Of a stretch of DNA of 64,000 nt, positions 49,359 through 58,329 are shown piece by piece; position 1 is the stretch's first letter; every line of letters starts with the position of its first letter. Position numbers and translations under genes: made by a program. The DNA comes from Bdellovibrionales bacterium (lineage in GTDB: Bacteria > Bdellovibrionota > Bdellovibrionia > Bdellovibrionales > DASUEL01), in NCBI GenBank assembly GCA_050250255.1, contig JBFWOZ010000006.1, positions 1 to 64,000 on the forward strand, read 5' to 3'. The notes below the pieces were generated by a model. The model saw only the letters and a program-made list of their open reading frames with translations, did not search any database and had not been told where the DNA came from.

Positions 49359-49844
49359 TTAAAGTGTCGGGCAAGCGAAAGACAAAATGCTCGTGAGTCT
49401 TTTTGTGCCTGTACGATATTTCGTTTTAATACTTCCCGCCCAGACCGATGGTTCGGTGTAGAAAATATTAATAGGCTCGCCGTTTCTATAAGCGTCTGCC
49501 TCATAGATCGTCGTCTGTGGTCCGCTCATGTCGTAACCACTTTCAAAACGTGCGCGTGTATCGATCGCCGCAATTTGTTCTTGAAGAATTTCCACTTCAC
49601 GCCCGCCAATAGTGATATTTGTTTTTTCTGTTACTGTGAAATTTGGTTTCCCATCCACGTAATCTGTCTTCTCTATGAAAACACCTTCGGCTGTGATCAC
49701 GCAAGCCTTTGAGGTATCCCACACCCATTTCCCATTCATTTCAAAAACGGTGCTTTGACGAAATTCCACCAGTCTCACACCCGTTGCATTCGCCGCACCC
49801 ATAAGGAATGTTGTCGCCAAAAGAATATACAAAAAAAATTTCAT
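49359..49844 (-). CDS. Secreted hypothetical protein
   Basis: Signal peptide ..GAANA; SD GGAGG. Confidence 0.75.
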   Translation of the reverse strand: MKFFLYILLATTFLMGAANATGVRLVEFRQSTVFEMNGKWVWDTSKACVITAEGVFIEKTDYVDGKPNFTVTEKTNITIGGREVEILQEQIAAIDTRARFESGYDMSGPQTTIYEADAYRNGEPINIFYTEPSVWAGSIKTKYRTGTKRLTSILSFACPTL

Positions 49845-49874
49845 GATTCCCTCCCAAGGAAGAACCGCCTTAAG

Positions 49875-49890
49875 AGCAAGAGCGATGCCG
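49875..49890 (-). promoter_or_regulatory. sigma54 promoter
   Basis: CGGCATCGCTCTTGCT. Confidence 0.65.
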
Positions 49891-50142
49891 GAGAGAAAGG
49901 TGGTTTTGCTTAATAATTAATCAGTACTTTGAACAAAAGGATACTGATCGTGCGATGGCGCCCCGCGAGAATGGGCGCCGTTTAGCACCAACAATTAATT
50001 GATAGGATTCTCGGAGTGAAAAGCGCAAGTCCACTTGCCGTTTTCACGCACCCAAGTTGAGACATCGAGCATGGGATATAATGTAGATCAATTGCAAATC
50101 GCATGATTCAGGGAGTTTTTGGGGAAAAATGCCCTGAAGGAG

Positions 50143-51753
50143 TTAAGCAAAAAAATCGTCTTTAAGAAAATCTGGAGCTGGCGAAGAACTGCCCTTGCGG
50201 AAAGAGCTTCGTCTTTGGCGTTTAACGCTGCCGCCACCGCCACCTGCACCACTACCCGAGCGCTCTGAACGTTGCTCAGGACGATCGCGACGAGCTGAAC
50301 GATCACCACGGTCACGACGATCTGGACCGCCACGGTAATCCCGGCGATCTGGTCCACCACTTCTTCCGCCGAATCTTCTTTCGCTTCGACGACTGTCTTC
50401 TCGAGGGGGGCGTTGAACGGCCTCTGTTGCGACCTGCAAAGGTTTTGCGGCAGCACGGCCATCAAAGAACTCTGGAGCGATCAAGTTGATAAAGCGGCCT
50501 ACGATTTCTTCTGGAGACATTGTTGCGATAGCTTCTTTCCACTCTGGGCCCATCAATTCTATAACTCGACTGTAGTATTCTTGTTTTTGAAACTGCGGTA
50601 ATAATTTTGAAACTCTTAATGCCGCCACATCTTTTCGTGACGGCAATTTTGCTTCTGTGATTCTCGTTTTTGTTAAACGCTCAAGCTTACCTACTAAATG
50701 CATATGACTTGGAGTCACGAGACTCAAAGCGATTCCTGATTTGCCCCCACGAGCAGTCCTACCGATACGGTGAACGTAGAGTTCTGATTCGCGCGGGAGT
50801 GAGTAATTGATCACGTGAGTGATGTCTTTCACATCAAGGCCACGAGATGCGACGTCTGTACAAATCAAGAGACGAACCTTGCGGTCACGAAACAACTGCA
50901 TCGTTTTCTCTCGCGCTTTTTGATCTTTATCACCATGAAGACAATCAACCTTAATCCCTTTTTCGTTAAGATATTGGGTTAAATCGGTCACCATGGATTT
51001 TGTTTGGCAAAATACAAGTCCGTAAAAATCGTCAATCGATTCTAAGATACGACAGAGAATTTCAGGCTTATCGGATTCTTTCATTCGGTAAAAGATTTGC
51101 TCAACCGTTGTTGAAAGCATTTCTGTTCGATTCACCTGTACAATTTCTGGGTCTAATAAATAGGTATCCGCAACTCTTCGAACTTCGCGGCTCATTGTGG
51201 CTGAGAAAAGCCAGATGTTTCTTTCATCACCAGAGGCACCCTTAAGGATGGCCTCAAGATCTTCTTTGAAGCCCATGGAAATCATCTCATCGGCTTCATC
51301 TAAGATCACGGTTTTAACGGCATCAAGCTTCATGGTTCCGCGCTCAAGATGGTCAATCAAACGGCCAGGAGTTCCCACCACAATTTGAGCGCCGCTTTTC
51401 AGAGCATGAATTTGGTTACCGTATTCAGAGCCGCCATAAATCGCATGAGCGCGAATGTTTTTATATTTTCCGAGTAAATTAATTTGACCAGTGACCTGAA
51501 CCGCGAGTTCTCGTGTAGGACACATGATGAGTCCTTGCAGTTGCTTTTTCTGACTATCAATTTGCTCCAGGAGCGGAATACCAAAAGCTGCGGTCTTACC
51601 GGTTCCGGTTGCGGCAAGACCGATGAAGTCCGTTGGTCCTTTGAGTAAAATAGGAAGAGCTTGTTGCTGAATCGGACTTGGAGTAGTGAATCCAAGTTCT
51701 TGAATAGCTTTTTGGACTTCGACACTAAGATTTAATTCTTCAAATGATTTCAG
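50143..51753 (-). CDS. DEAD-box RNA helicase (DeaD/CshA-like), probable CTG start
   Basis: Q motif (GFTTPSPIQ) and ATGTGKT lie upstream of track start 51525; PTRELA, DEAD, SAT, HRIGRTAR; R/G/D-rich tail. Confidence 0.93.
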   Translation of the reverse strand: MKSFEELNLSVEVQKAIQELGFTTPSPIQQQALPILLKGPTDFIGLAATGTGKTAAFGIPLLEQIDSQKKQLQGLIMCPTRELAVQVTGQINLLGKYKNIRAHAIYGGSEYGNQIHALKSGAQIVVGTPGRLIDHLERGTMKLDAVKTVILDEADEMISMGFKEDLEAILKGASGDERNIWLFSATMSREVRRVADTYLLDPEIVQVNRTEMLSTTVEQIFYRMKESDKPEILCRILESIDDFYGLVFCQTKSMVTDLTQYLNEKGIKVDCLHGDKDQKAREKTMQLFRDRKVRLLICTDVASRGLDVKDITHVINYSLPRESELYVHRIGRTARGGKSGIALSLVTPSHMHLVGKLERLTKTRITEAKLPSRKDVAALRVSKLLPQFQKQEYYSRVIELMGPEWKEAIATMSPEEIVGRFINLIAPEFFDGRAAAKPLQVATEAVQRPPREDSRRSERRFGGRSGGPDRRDYRGGPDRRDRGDRSARRDRPEQRSERSGSGAGGGGGSVKRQRRSSFRKGSSSPAPDFLKDDFFA

Positions 51754-51939
51754 TCAGATACCTCTTGGTAAGGGGGAGGCGCAATATAACACAACAGGCA
51801 TTAAAACTTGTGGGAAAGATCCGTGTTTGAAAGTTCTGCACTCTTGATTACGCGCTCAACACCACTCTTTTCTCGAAGACGAATAGGCTTATAGCTCTTG
51901 AGCATTGCGAACAGACATCAAGCCGTGTTACCTACTCTT

Positions 51940-52410
51940 ATGGATTCCGCGACCTGCAAAACCTGCTTAAGGCCCAAGGCCACCCACACTTGTGTGCTCT
52001 GTAAAGAGTCCACCTGTAAAAGCTGCGCGCGCCACGTTTCTGCCGACAGCTTTCCGCTGATGGGTGAAGTTCCCTCTAATCTTGTTGAAGGCTGGGCTTG
52101 TGGTGGTTGTTATGAAGAAAAAGTAGAGCCTGAGATTCAAAATTATAATTCAGAAGAACGACGAGCCAGGCAGATGTCCTTTTTCAATAAAAATCAAAGT
52201 AAAGAATCTCGACTTTTTAAGCGGATCGCGACACCGATTCAGGTGCGGGATTGTGCCGACCGCGACGAAGCTCTTCTGAAGCTCGCATATGCCGCCGTAA
52301 AATTAAATTACAATCTCATTGTCGATGTGGAACTGACTTCGGAAAAGGTTCGAAACGCCGGTTATCAAACTTGCCTCTGGCACGCGAAGGGCATCCCTAC
52401 CAATGCCTAA
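51940..52410 (+). CDS. Cys-rich Zn-finger hypothetical protein
   Basis: Four CxxC pairs; C-terminal YbjQ-like segment. Confidence 0.65.
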   Translation: MDSATCKTCLRPKATHTCVLCKESTCKSCARHVSADSFPLMGEVPSNLVEGWACGGCYEEKVEPEIQNYNSEERRARQMSFFNKNQSKESRLFKRIATPIQVRDCADRDEALLKLAYAAVKLNYNLIVDVELTSEKVRNAGYQTCLWHAKGIPTNA

Positions 52411-52858
52411 GATTTTTATTGATGGCGATGGTTGTCCCGTCAAAGAAGAAACCTATAAAGTCGCCGCTCGCTACAAATTCAAAGTCATTGTTGCTGCCAA
52501 CAAGTGGATGAACCTGCCGGTAGATCCCAATATCGAAATGGTGGTTGTAGCGGGTGGCTTTGATGCCGCCGACGACTGGATCGTCGAAAATATTTTAGAA
52601 GACGACATCGTTATCACTGCTGATATCTTACTCGCCGACCGTTGTATCAAAAAGAAAGCTCGAGCACTTGGGCCTAAAGGCGAAGAGTTCACGGAAGACA
52701 ACATTGGTAGTGCCGTAGCCACTCGAGAGCTCATGCAAAATTTGAGATACATGGGCGAAGTTAAAGGTGGTCCCGCGCCAATGGATAAAAAAGCTCGTTC
52801 ACAGTTTTTAGGAAAACTGGATCAGATCATTCAGGCTGTGCGCCGGAAGAATATATAG
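52403..52858 (+). CDS. YaiI/YqxD (UPF0178) protein
   Basis: [24 protein letters not shown]. Confidence 0.92.
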   Translation: MPKIFIDGDGCPVKEETYKVAARYKFKVIVAANKWMNLPVDPNIEMVVVAGGFDAADDWIVENILEDDIVITADILLADRCIKKKARALGPKGEEFTEDNIGSAVATRELMQNLRYMGEVKGGPAPMDKKARSQFLGKLDQIIQAVRRKNI

Positions 52859-52919
52859 AAAATCAAATAACATGGTCTTTCCTGCTGGCAGCCACTCTAT
52901 TGGTTATCAATCTAATTAA

Positions 52920-52955
52920 TTGCCTATTGCAATAGTTGCTATTGGCAAGTATAAT
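52920..52955 (+). promoter_or_regulatory. sigma70 promoter with inverted-repeat operator
   Basis: TTGCAA-N17-TATAAT; palindrome CTATTGCAATAG within TTGCC...GGCAA. Confidence 0.75.
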
Positions 52956-52962
52956 AAAAAAC

Positions 52963-53412
52963 ATGAAACCTTCAGATTTAGAATATCACATAGGTTATTG
53001 GCTCCGTTTTGTCTCGAATCATGTTTCGTTTTCGTTTCGGGATCGAATCGCGACCTATGATGTAACGGTCGCCGAATGGGTTGCTCTACGCTCGCTTCAT
53101 AATCGAGCGCCCTGTACTTTAGGTGATTTGTCTGAGCAGATCGGCATTGATTTAGGGGCTACTTCTCGCTTGGTGGAAAGACTCATAAAGAAGAAGCTCG
53201 CTTCACGAAAGGTTTCGCCGGAGGATCGACGTTACGTGACGCTCGATCTCTCGCCTGCAGGAAAAAAACTTATTCCCAAACTTGCAAAAGAAGCTGATCA
53301 CAATGATGCCCATTTTTTTAATTCTCTTAGCAAAGAAGACCAAAACCATCTTTTAAGAATTATGAAAAACCTAGTTAGAACCCACAAGCTCACAGAGAAA
53401 CCCACACTTTAA
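52963..53412 (+). CDS. MarR-family regulator
   Basis: VTVAEW, SRLVERL.KK.L..R, EDRR...L; ATG 52963. Confidence 0.9.
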   Translation: MKPSDLEYHIGYWLRFVSNHVSFSFRDRIATYDVTVAEWVALRSLHNRAPCTLGDLSEQIGIDLGATSRLVERLIKKKLASRKVSPEDRRYVTLDLSPAGKKLIPKLAKEADHNDAHFFNSLSKEDQNHLLRIMKNLVRTHKLTEKPTL

Positions 53413-53421
53413 GGAGAAGTT

Positions 53422-54045
53422 ATGCGAGTTGATCTCTACACTTTCATTCACAAAGCTCAACGCTTTCACCTCTTTCGGCTTTCTGAACAAATTGGTGCTA
53501 CAGATTTTAGTAATACGAGCGAGGCTGATCAAGTGGCCGAGCATGTTCTCGAACTCATGGAACATCTTAAGGATCACGCACAAAACGAAAAGACTTACAT
53601 TCACCCACTGTTTGAGGCGATTGGCCCTATCGGTGCCCACCTTGACAAGGAACATGAGGGTTTAGAAAAAGAAATCGAGAAGGTCGAACAAGTCATTGCA
53701 GCAAAACATTGGGCTAATCTTTATTCTTCCTACTCAAGATTTCTTGGTATTTATCTTCTTCATCTTGACGAAGAAGAGGCGGCCCAGCGAGATGTTTTAT
53801 GGAAGCACTATGAGGATAAGGACTTGGCTGTTGTCTTCCAACGTTTTAAGTCGGAACGACCTGCAGCTCTCGCGAAAGCCGATTTTGAATTCATGCTCCC
53901 TGCTTTAAGCATTCCAGAACTTATACAGATGTTTAAAGGCATCAGGGCTTCTGCACCGGCCCCCGCCTTTGTGGGAGCCTGTGATGTCGCCTCCAAGATT
54001 TTAGAAATTAAAAAATGGCAGAAGATTGTAAATGCGATTTCTTAA
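53422..54045 (+). CDS. Hemerythrin-domain protein
   Basis: IHKA, HAQNEK.YIHP, EH, HLDEEE. Confidence 0.8.
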   Translation: MRVDLYTFIHKAQRFHLFRLSEQIGATDFSNTSEADQVAEHVLELMEHLKDHAQNEKTYIHPLFEAIGPIGAHLDKEHEGLEKEIEKVEQVIAAKHWANLYSSYSRFLGIYLLHLDEEEAAQRDVLWKHYEDKDLAVVFQRFKSERPAALAKADFEFMLPALSIPELIQMFKGIRASAPAPAFVGACDVASKILEIKKWQKIVNAIS

Positions 54046-54053
54046 CTAATGGG

Positions 54054-55028
54054 TCACTTTCCACAGCCCCAAAGCCGTGGAAAGAATCCAATGTGGAATA
54101 ATTTATTTAGCGTCTTTTTTAATTTTTTACCAAGCTTTACCGTCACGCCAGCAAACCAGTCTTTGGCTCGAACAGATCCATCTTCGTTCGTTGCGAACGG
54201 TGATGTCTCTGGAACGTTTACGATGCCGTGATTCATGTAGTATTTGCGATCTTTTGATTCCACAAACAACTGCACTCTTTTCCCGATATCAAGGCTTAAG
54301 GCACGGCGAATAACCTGAAGGCCATCACCTGTACCCATTAAAGTGCGGGTAGGCATAGAGTAGGGTTCAATTCTTAAACGAAGATTGTCGTTGAAAGCTC
54401 TGACTTCAACACCCGCCTCATAACCCATGGACAAATTAAAGATACCACCAACTACGTTTGAATCTTCAATTCCATCTGTTGTTTTTGAATATCCAAAATC
54501 CATCATGCTTCCAAGGAAACCGGCGTAGGCACGAGCACCCAAGAGGGAGCCTCCGAGCTCTGGACTGATAAATGTAAATCTCATCTTTGCAAGACCCACT
54601 TTATATCGCTGAGCCATGTTGACCGCAGTATCTCTTTGAATCGTCACCGGAGCGAGAGTCACTTCCATATAATATTTTGCAGGATTGTTTGATTCGCTGA
54701 GATTGATTGTATTTTGACCGCGAATGGGGCTGATTTGAATATCCGTGTATTCCATTTTTCCATCACGAAATCCAACTTCTGTCTCCGCTAAAAAGTAGGA
54801 ATACTTAAAAAGCTCATCCTGTTGATCTTCAGGAGTACCTTTAGGATCCATAACGTTTGAGATAGGTTTTGCAAAGTTCACTTTAATCAAAACACTTTCC
54901 GTCTGGGTACCAGTGCCGAACAAACCACTACCGACTTCTAAACGACGCTCTACCTGTTGCTGCCCGTGAGCTGTTGTTACAAAAGCACTAAGAATACAAA
55001 TAGCGCTGAGTGATTTTAAAAATGACAT
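54054..55028 (-). CDS. Secreted/outer-membrane hypothetical protein
   Basis: Signal peptide; amphipathic beta-strand pattern. Confidence 0.65.
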   Translation of the reverse strand: MSFLKSLSAICILSAFVTTAHGQQQVERRLEVGSGLFGTGTQTESVLIKVNFAKPISNVMDPKGTPEDQQDELFKYSYFLAETEVGFRDGKMEYTDIQISPIRGQNTINLSESNNPAKYYMEVTLAPVTIQRDTAVNMAQRYKVGLAKMRFTFISPELGGSLLGARAYAGFLGSMMDFGYSKTTDGIEDSNVVGGIFNLSMGYEAGVEVRAFNDNLRLRIEPYSMPTRTLMGTGDGLQVIRRALSLDIGKRVQLFVESKDRKYYMNHGIVNVPETSPFATNEDGSVRAKDWFAGVTVKLGKKLKKTLNKLFHIGFFPRLWGCGK

Positions 55029-55076
55029 AACACTTCCTTTTGTTTTTTGGTCTAACTGACTGTTCTCAAGACCCTT

Positions 55077-55092
55077 TGCGAGAAGTGTTCCA
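55077..55092 (-). promoter_or_regulatory. sigma54 promoter
   Basis: TGGAACACTTCTCGCA. Confidence 0.55.
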
Positions 55093-55248
55093 GGACGGGC
55101 ACTGTTAGATTGACGACAAGCACGTCGGCTGTGTCCTCGCTGTCGACATGGAGGTATTATTTATAATACAAATTATGATGGTTCGGCGAGTGTTCGCGAC
55201 TAAATTCTTTGGCCGTCTAAGTAGTGAGACAGCCAGAATATGAGTCGA

Positions 55249-56790
55249 CTACTGCGCTCCGGGAACCTGATAGAACAAGTTCGCTCCCGGGCCGAGTGGC
55301 CAGCCCAGCATGATCCACACGAAGAGCATCACCGACCAGAAAAGTAGGAAGGCTAAAGAGTATGGAAGCATCAAAGCCATCACGGTTCCCACTCTCGCTT
55401 TGGGATCGTACTTGATCGCGAACGCCAAAATGAGAGGAAAATACGACATCAGTGGGGAAATAATATTCACAACGGAATCCGCAATACGATAAGCCGCTTG
55501 CGTGAGCTCAGGAGCCGCACCGAGAAGCATAAACATCGGTACAAAAATCGGAGCCATGAGTGCCCACTTAGCCGACGCACTCCCAATCACTAAATCGAGT
55601 AAACAAGTGAGAATGATAAACCCGATCATGAGAGGAATAATGCCGAGTCCCGTCTCCCTCAAGGCTTCAGAACCTTTCACCGCCATGATCAACCCGATAT
55701 TTGAAAAGTTAAAAAGAGCAATGAACTGAGAAGCAAAAAACACGAGCACCAAATACGGAGCCATTGTCACCATCGCATCTTGCATGGCATTCGTTACGGC
55801 ATTGGGTTCTCGAAACGTCTTCGCTCCATAACTATAGGCAAGACCCGTCAACGCACCAAAAAGAAAAATCACCGTCACAATGCCTTTAAGAAGCGGGGAG
55901 TGAAATACATCCGTACTTGGATCTCTTAAAAAGCCAGCTTCGGGAATAATGCCCAAGGCAATCAAAAGACCGAGTGCTAAAGCCGTAAGCCCCGCATACT
56001 GAAGTCCCCGTTTTTCTTGTGCAGAAAGGGGCTTAAGACTTTCACGAGGTGCATCACCTTTATATTCTCCCGCAAAAGGAATGGTGATTTTGTTCGCCAC
56101 AAGCGTACCAATAGCAACGATCAAAAATGAAGACGTTGCCATAAAATACCAGTTCACCACGGGCGTTACCACATACTGATTGTCGATGATACGCGCGGCC
56201 TCTTGAGAAATTCCTGAAAGGAGTGGATCGGCCGTACTCAAAAGAAGGTTGGCCGCAAAACCACCCGACACACCGGCAAAACAAATCGCCAAGCCCGCTA
56301 GAGGATTCATCCCAACACTGTGAAAAGCCATTGCCGCAAGCGGAATCAAAAGCACGTAACCAATATCTCCCGCCGTATGAGAGAGAATCCCTGCAAGTAA
56401 AATTGCCGGAGTTAAAAGTTTTCTGGGGGCGCTGGTCACGAGGAGTCTTAAGAGAGCCGGAAGAAGACCGCTTTTTTCTGCAATACTAAAACCGAGCATG
56501 GCGACAAGCACCGTTCCAAGGGGCGCGAAGCTGGTGAAGTTTTTCACCATATCGGTAAGAAGCAAATGAAGTCCCGCGATGGAAAAAAGATTCGTCGCCC
56601 TAATGACTTCTTTTTTAACAGGGTGAAGGGCTTCAATTCCGAGACCACTTACGACCGCCGAAAGTAAAATCACAACTCCCGTTAAAATGAGAAACAAGAT
56701 GGCAGGATGAGGAAGTGCGTTTCCTACCTTTTCCACATAAAAAAGAAATTTTTGAAATTTGCTATCTGCTGTATTGGTTGTTTGTTCCAT
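55249..56790 (-). CDS. abgT: AbgT-family transporter
   Basis: EKVGNALPHP, FAPLG.VL, FAGVSGGFAAN, SASAKW, YRIADS, WPLGPG. Confidence 0.93.
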   Translation of the reverse strand: MEQTTNTADSKFQKFLFYVEKVGNALPHPAILFLILTGVVILLSAVVSGLGIEALHPVKKEVIRATNLFSIAGLHLLLTDMVKNFTSFAPLGTVLVAMLGFSIAEKSGLLPALLRLLVTSAPRKLLTPAILLAGILSHTAGDIGYVLLIPLAAMAFHSVGMNPLAGLAICFAGVSGGFAANLLLSTADPLLSGISQEAARIIDNQYVVTPVVNWYFMATSSFLIVAIGTLVANKITIPFAGEYKGDAPRESLKPLSAQEKRGLQYAGLTALALGLLIALGIIPEAGFLRDPSTDVFHSPLLKGIVTVIFLFGALTGLAYSYGAKTFREPNAVTNAMQDAMVTMAPYLVLVFFASQFIALFNFSNIGLIMAVKGSEALRETGLGIIPLMIGFIILTCLLDLVIGSASAKWALMAPIFVPMFMLLGAAPELTQAAYRIADSVVNIISPLMSYFPLILAFAIKYDPKARVGTVMALMLPYSLAFLLFWSVMLFVWIMLGWPLGPGANLFYQVPGAQ

Positions 56791-57054
56791 CAAGATCCTC
56801 CACCACATTTATATGTAGTCGAAATTTTAATAACCGCTAGTAAAATTCCATCTGGTGCTAAAGTGACTTATTTTATAGCAGACCCAGACGCAAAAAAGAC
56901 CTGTTACCTCTTGCAATGGTCACGCATTGACAATAAAGTCGCACTGAATTTGAAGAATTGGACAGCGAATGAATCAACTTTGGATTGAGCCCGTAGGAAA
57001 TATCATTATTGCGCGAGTGCGCGGCGTACCGACTGAAGTGCCCGCCGCCTTACG

Positions 57055-57429
57055 ATGGTTCACCTAGTGATCGTTTCGGAATTCACCCGAAAAGTGATGG
57101 ATCAAATCCGCAAAATCCCTAAGGGGAAAGTCGCCACCTATAAACAAATTGCTGAACTTGCCAAGAAACCGTATGCCTCAAGAGGGGTTTCCTGGATTCT
57201 GCACTCCTGCTCCACAACTTACAAACTCCCTTGGCATCGCGTGATCAATTCTCAAGGAAAAATTTCTTTTGAGAAAGGAACATATAATTTTCGCCAGCAA
57301 AAAAAGAAACTCGAGCAAGAAGGCGTTCTCCTTTCGACAGAGGGTCAACTGATTTTAAAGAAGTTTCAGTGGAAAAAACGTATCCCTAAGACAAGAAAAA
57401 AGAGCGGTTCTCCGAGTATGTTTCGTTAG
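57055..57429 (+). CDS. Alkyltransferase-like protein (MGMT/Atl family)
   Basis: IPKGKVATY, PWHRVINS (Trp replaces the catalytic Cys). Confidence 0.88.
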   Translation: MVHLVIVSEFTRKVMDQIRKIPKGKVATYKQIAELAKKPYASRGVSWILHSCSTTYKLPWHRVINSQGKISFEKGTYNFRQQKKKLEQEGVLLSTEGQLILKKFQWKKRIPKTRKKSGSPSMFR

Positions 57430-57434
57430 CTCGG

Positions 57435-57450
57435 TGGAACTTATCTTGCA
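57435..57450 (+). promoter_or_regulatory. sigma54 promoter
   Basis: TGGAACTTATCTTGCA. Confidence 0.65.
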
Positions 57451-57465
57451 ATATTTAGCTCGATT

Positions 57466-58329
57466 ATGAAAACTCTTCGCTCAATACTGTATAAAATCTC
57501 ACAGCACGATATTTTGACTCACTCCGCGGCGCTGGCTCTATATACTGCGTTCTCTTTAGCCCCATTAATTATTTTGATGCTCTCAATTCTTGCAACTCTG
57601 CAACTTGACTTACAAATTCAACTTTTAGCAAACGTTCAACAGCTAATGGGAACTGAAGCGGCTTCGGTACTCGATACGATTATTAAAAAATCTGAGGCGC
57701 GGGCTGATTTGTCATCCCTTGCGGGCTGGGTTGGCGTGATTACGCTACTTTTTTCAGCAAGTGCTATTTTTGCGCAACTGCAAAATGCGATGAACGTTAT
57801 TTTTGAATCCACCCCAGATACTCCAGCCAATATAAAATGGTATCATGAGGTTCGTCATATTGTTTTAAAGCGCATTGCTTCTTTTGGAATGGTTCTTTCT
57901 TTTGTGTTCTTATCCATTGTTTCGCTGGTGATTTCCTCTGCCCTTTCTTTTTTATTTTTAAATAATATTGGTCGCCTCGGCGAAATCATCAATTTTAGTC
58001 TCAATCTCCTTGTTTTTACTCTTCTTTTTGGTGCCCTCTTTAAATGGATACCAGATAAAAGTATTCCCACAAAGTCGGCATTTGAGGGTGGTTTGCTCAC
58101 CGCCCTCCTCTTCGTCATTGGAAAAGGAGTTATTGGTTTATATTTGGGTCAGACAGCCGTGGGCTCTGCCTATGGTGCGGCGGGGTCTTTGATTGTACTT
58201 TTGGTTTGGGTTTATTATTCATCTTTAATTGTATTTTTTGGAGCCGAGATTTGTGCTAAAAGAGCTTCATCGCAAAAAACTAAACTTAACTTGTTTTGGC
58301 TGAGAAACCATGTTAGCCCATCAACCTAA
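57466..58329 (+). CDS. YihY/BrkB-family membrane protein
   Basis: AALA.Y..FSLAP, YGAAGSL.V.L.WVYYS. Confidence 0.92.
   Translation: MKTLRSILYKISQHDILTHSAALALYTAFSLAPLIILMLSILATLQLDLQIQLLANVQQLMGTEAASVLDTIIKKSEARADLSSLAGWVGVITLLFSASAIFAQLQNAMNVIFESTPDTPANIKWYHEVRHIVLKRIASFGMVLSFVFLSIVSLVISSALSFLFLNNIGRLGEIINFSLNLLVFTLLFGALFKWIPDKSIPTKSAFEGGLLTALLFVIGKGVIGLYLGQTAVGSAYGAAGSLIVLLVWVYYSSLIVFFGAEICAKRASSQKTKLNLFWLRNHVSPST

Noticed and set aside
50280..50360. Short tandem repeats in the DEAD-box 3' end
   Set aside because: They encode the usual GGPDRRD low-complexity tail, not a CRISPR or VNTR element.
28529..51756. TGA recoding (alternative genetic code or selenocysteine) to explain in-frame TGAs upstream of cgs and the DEAD-box gene
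   Set aside because: TGA terminates several genes at the expected ends (ligD, S1 paralog, azlC) and long ORFs contain no internal TGA; SD + CTG initiation is simpler.
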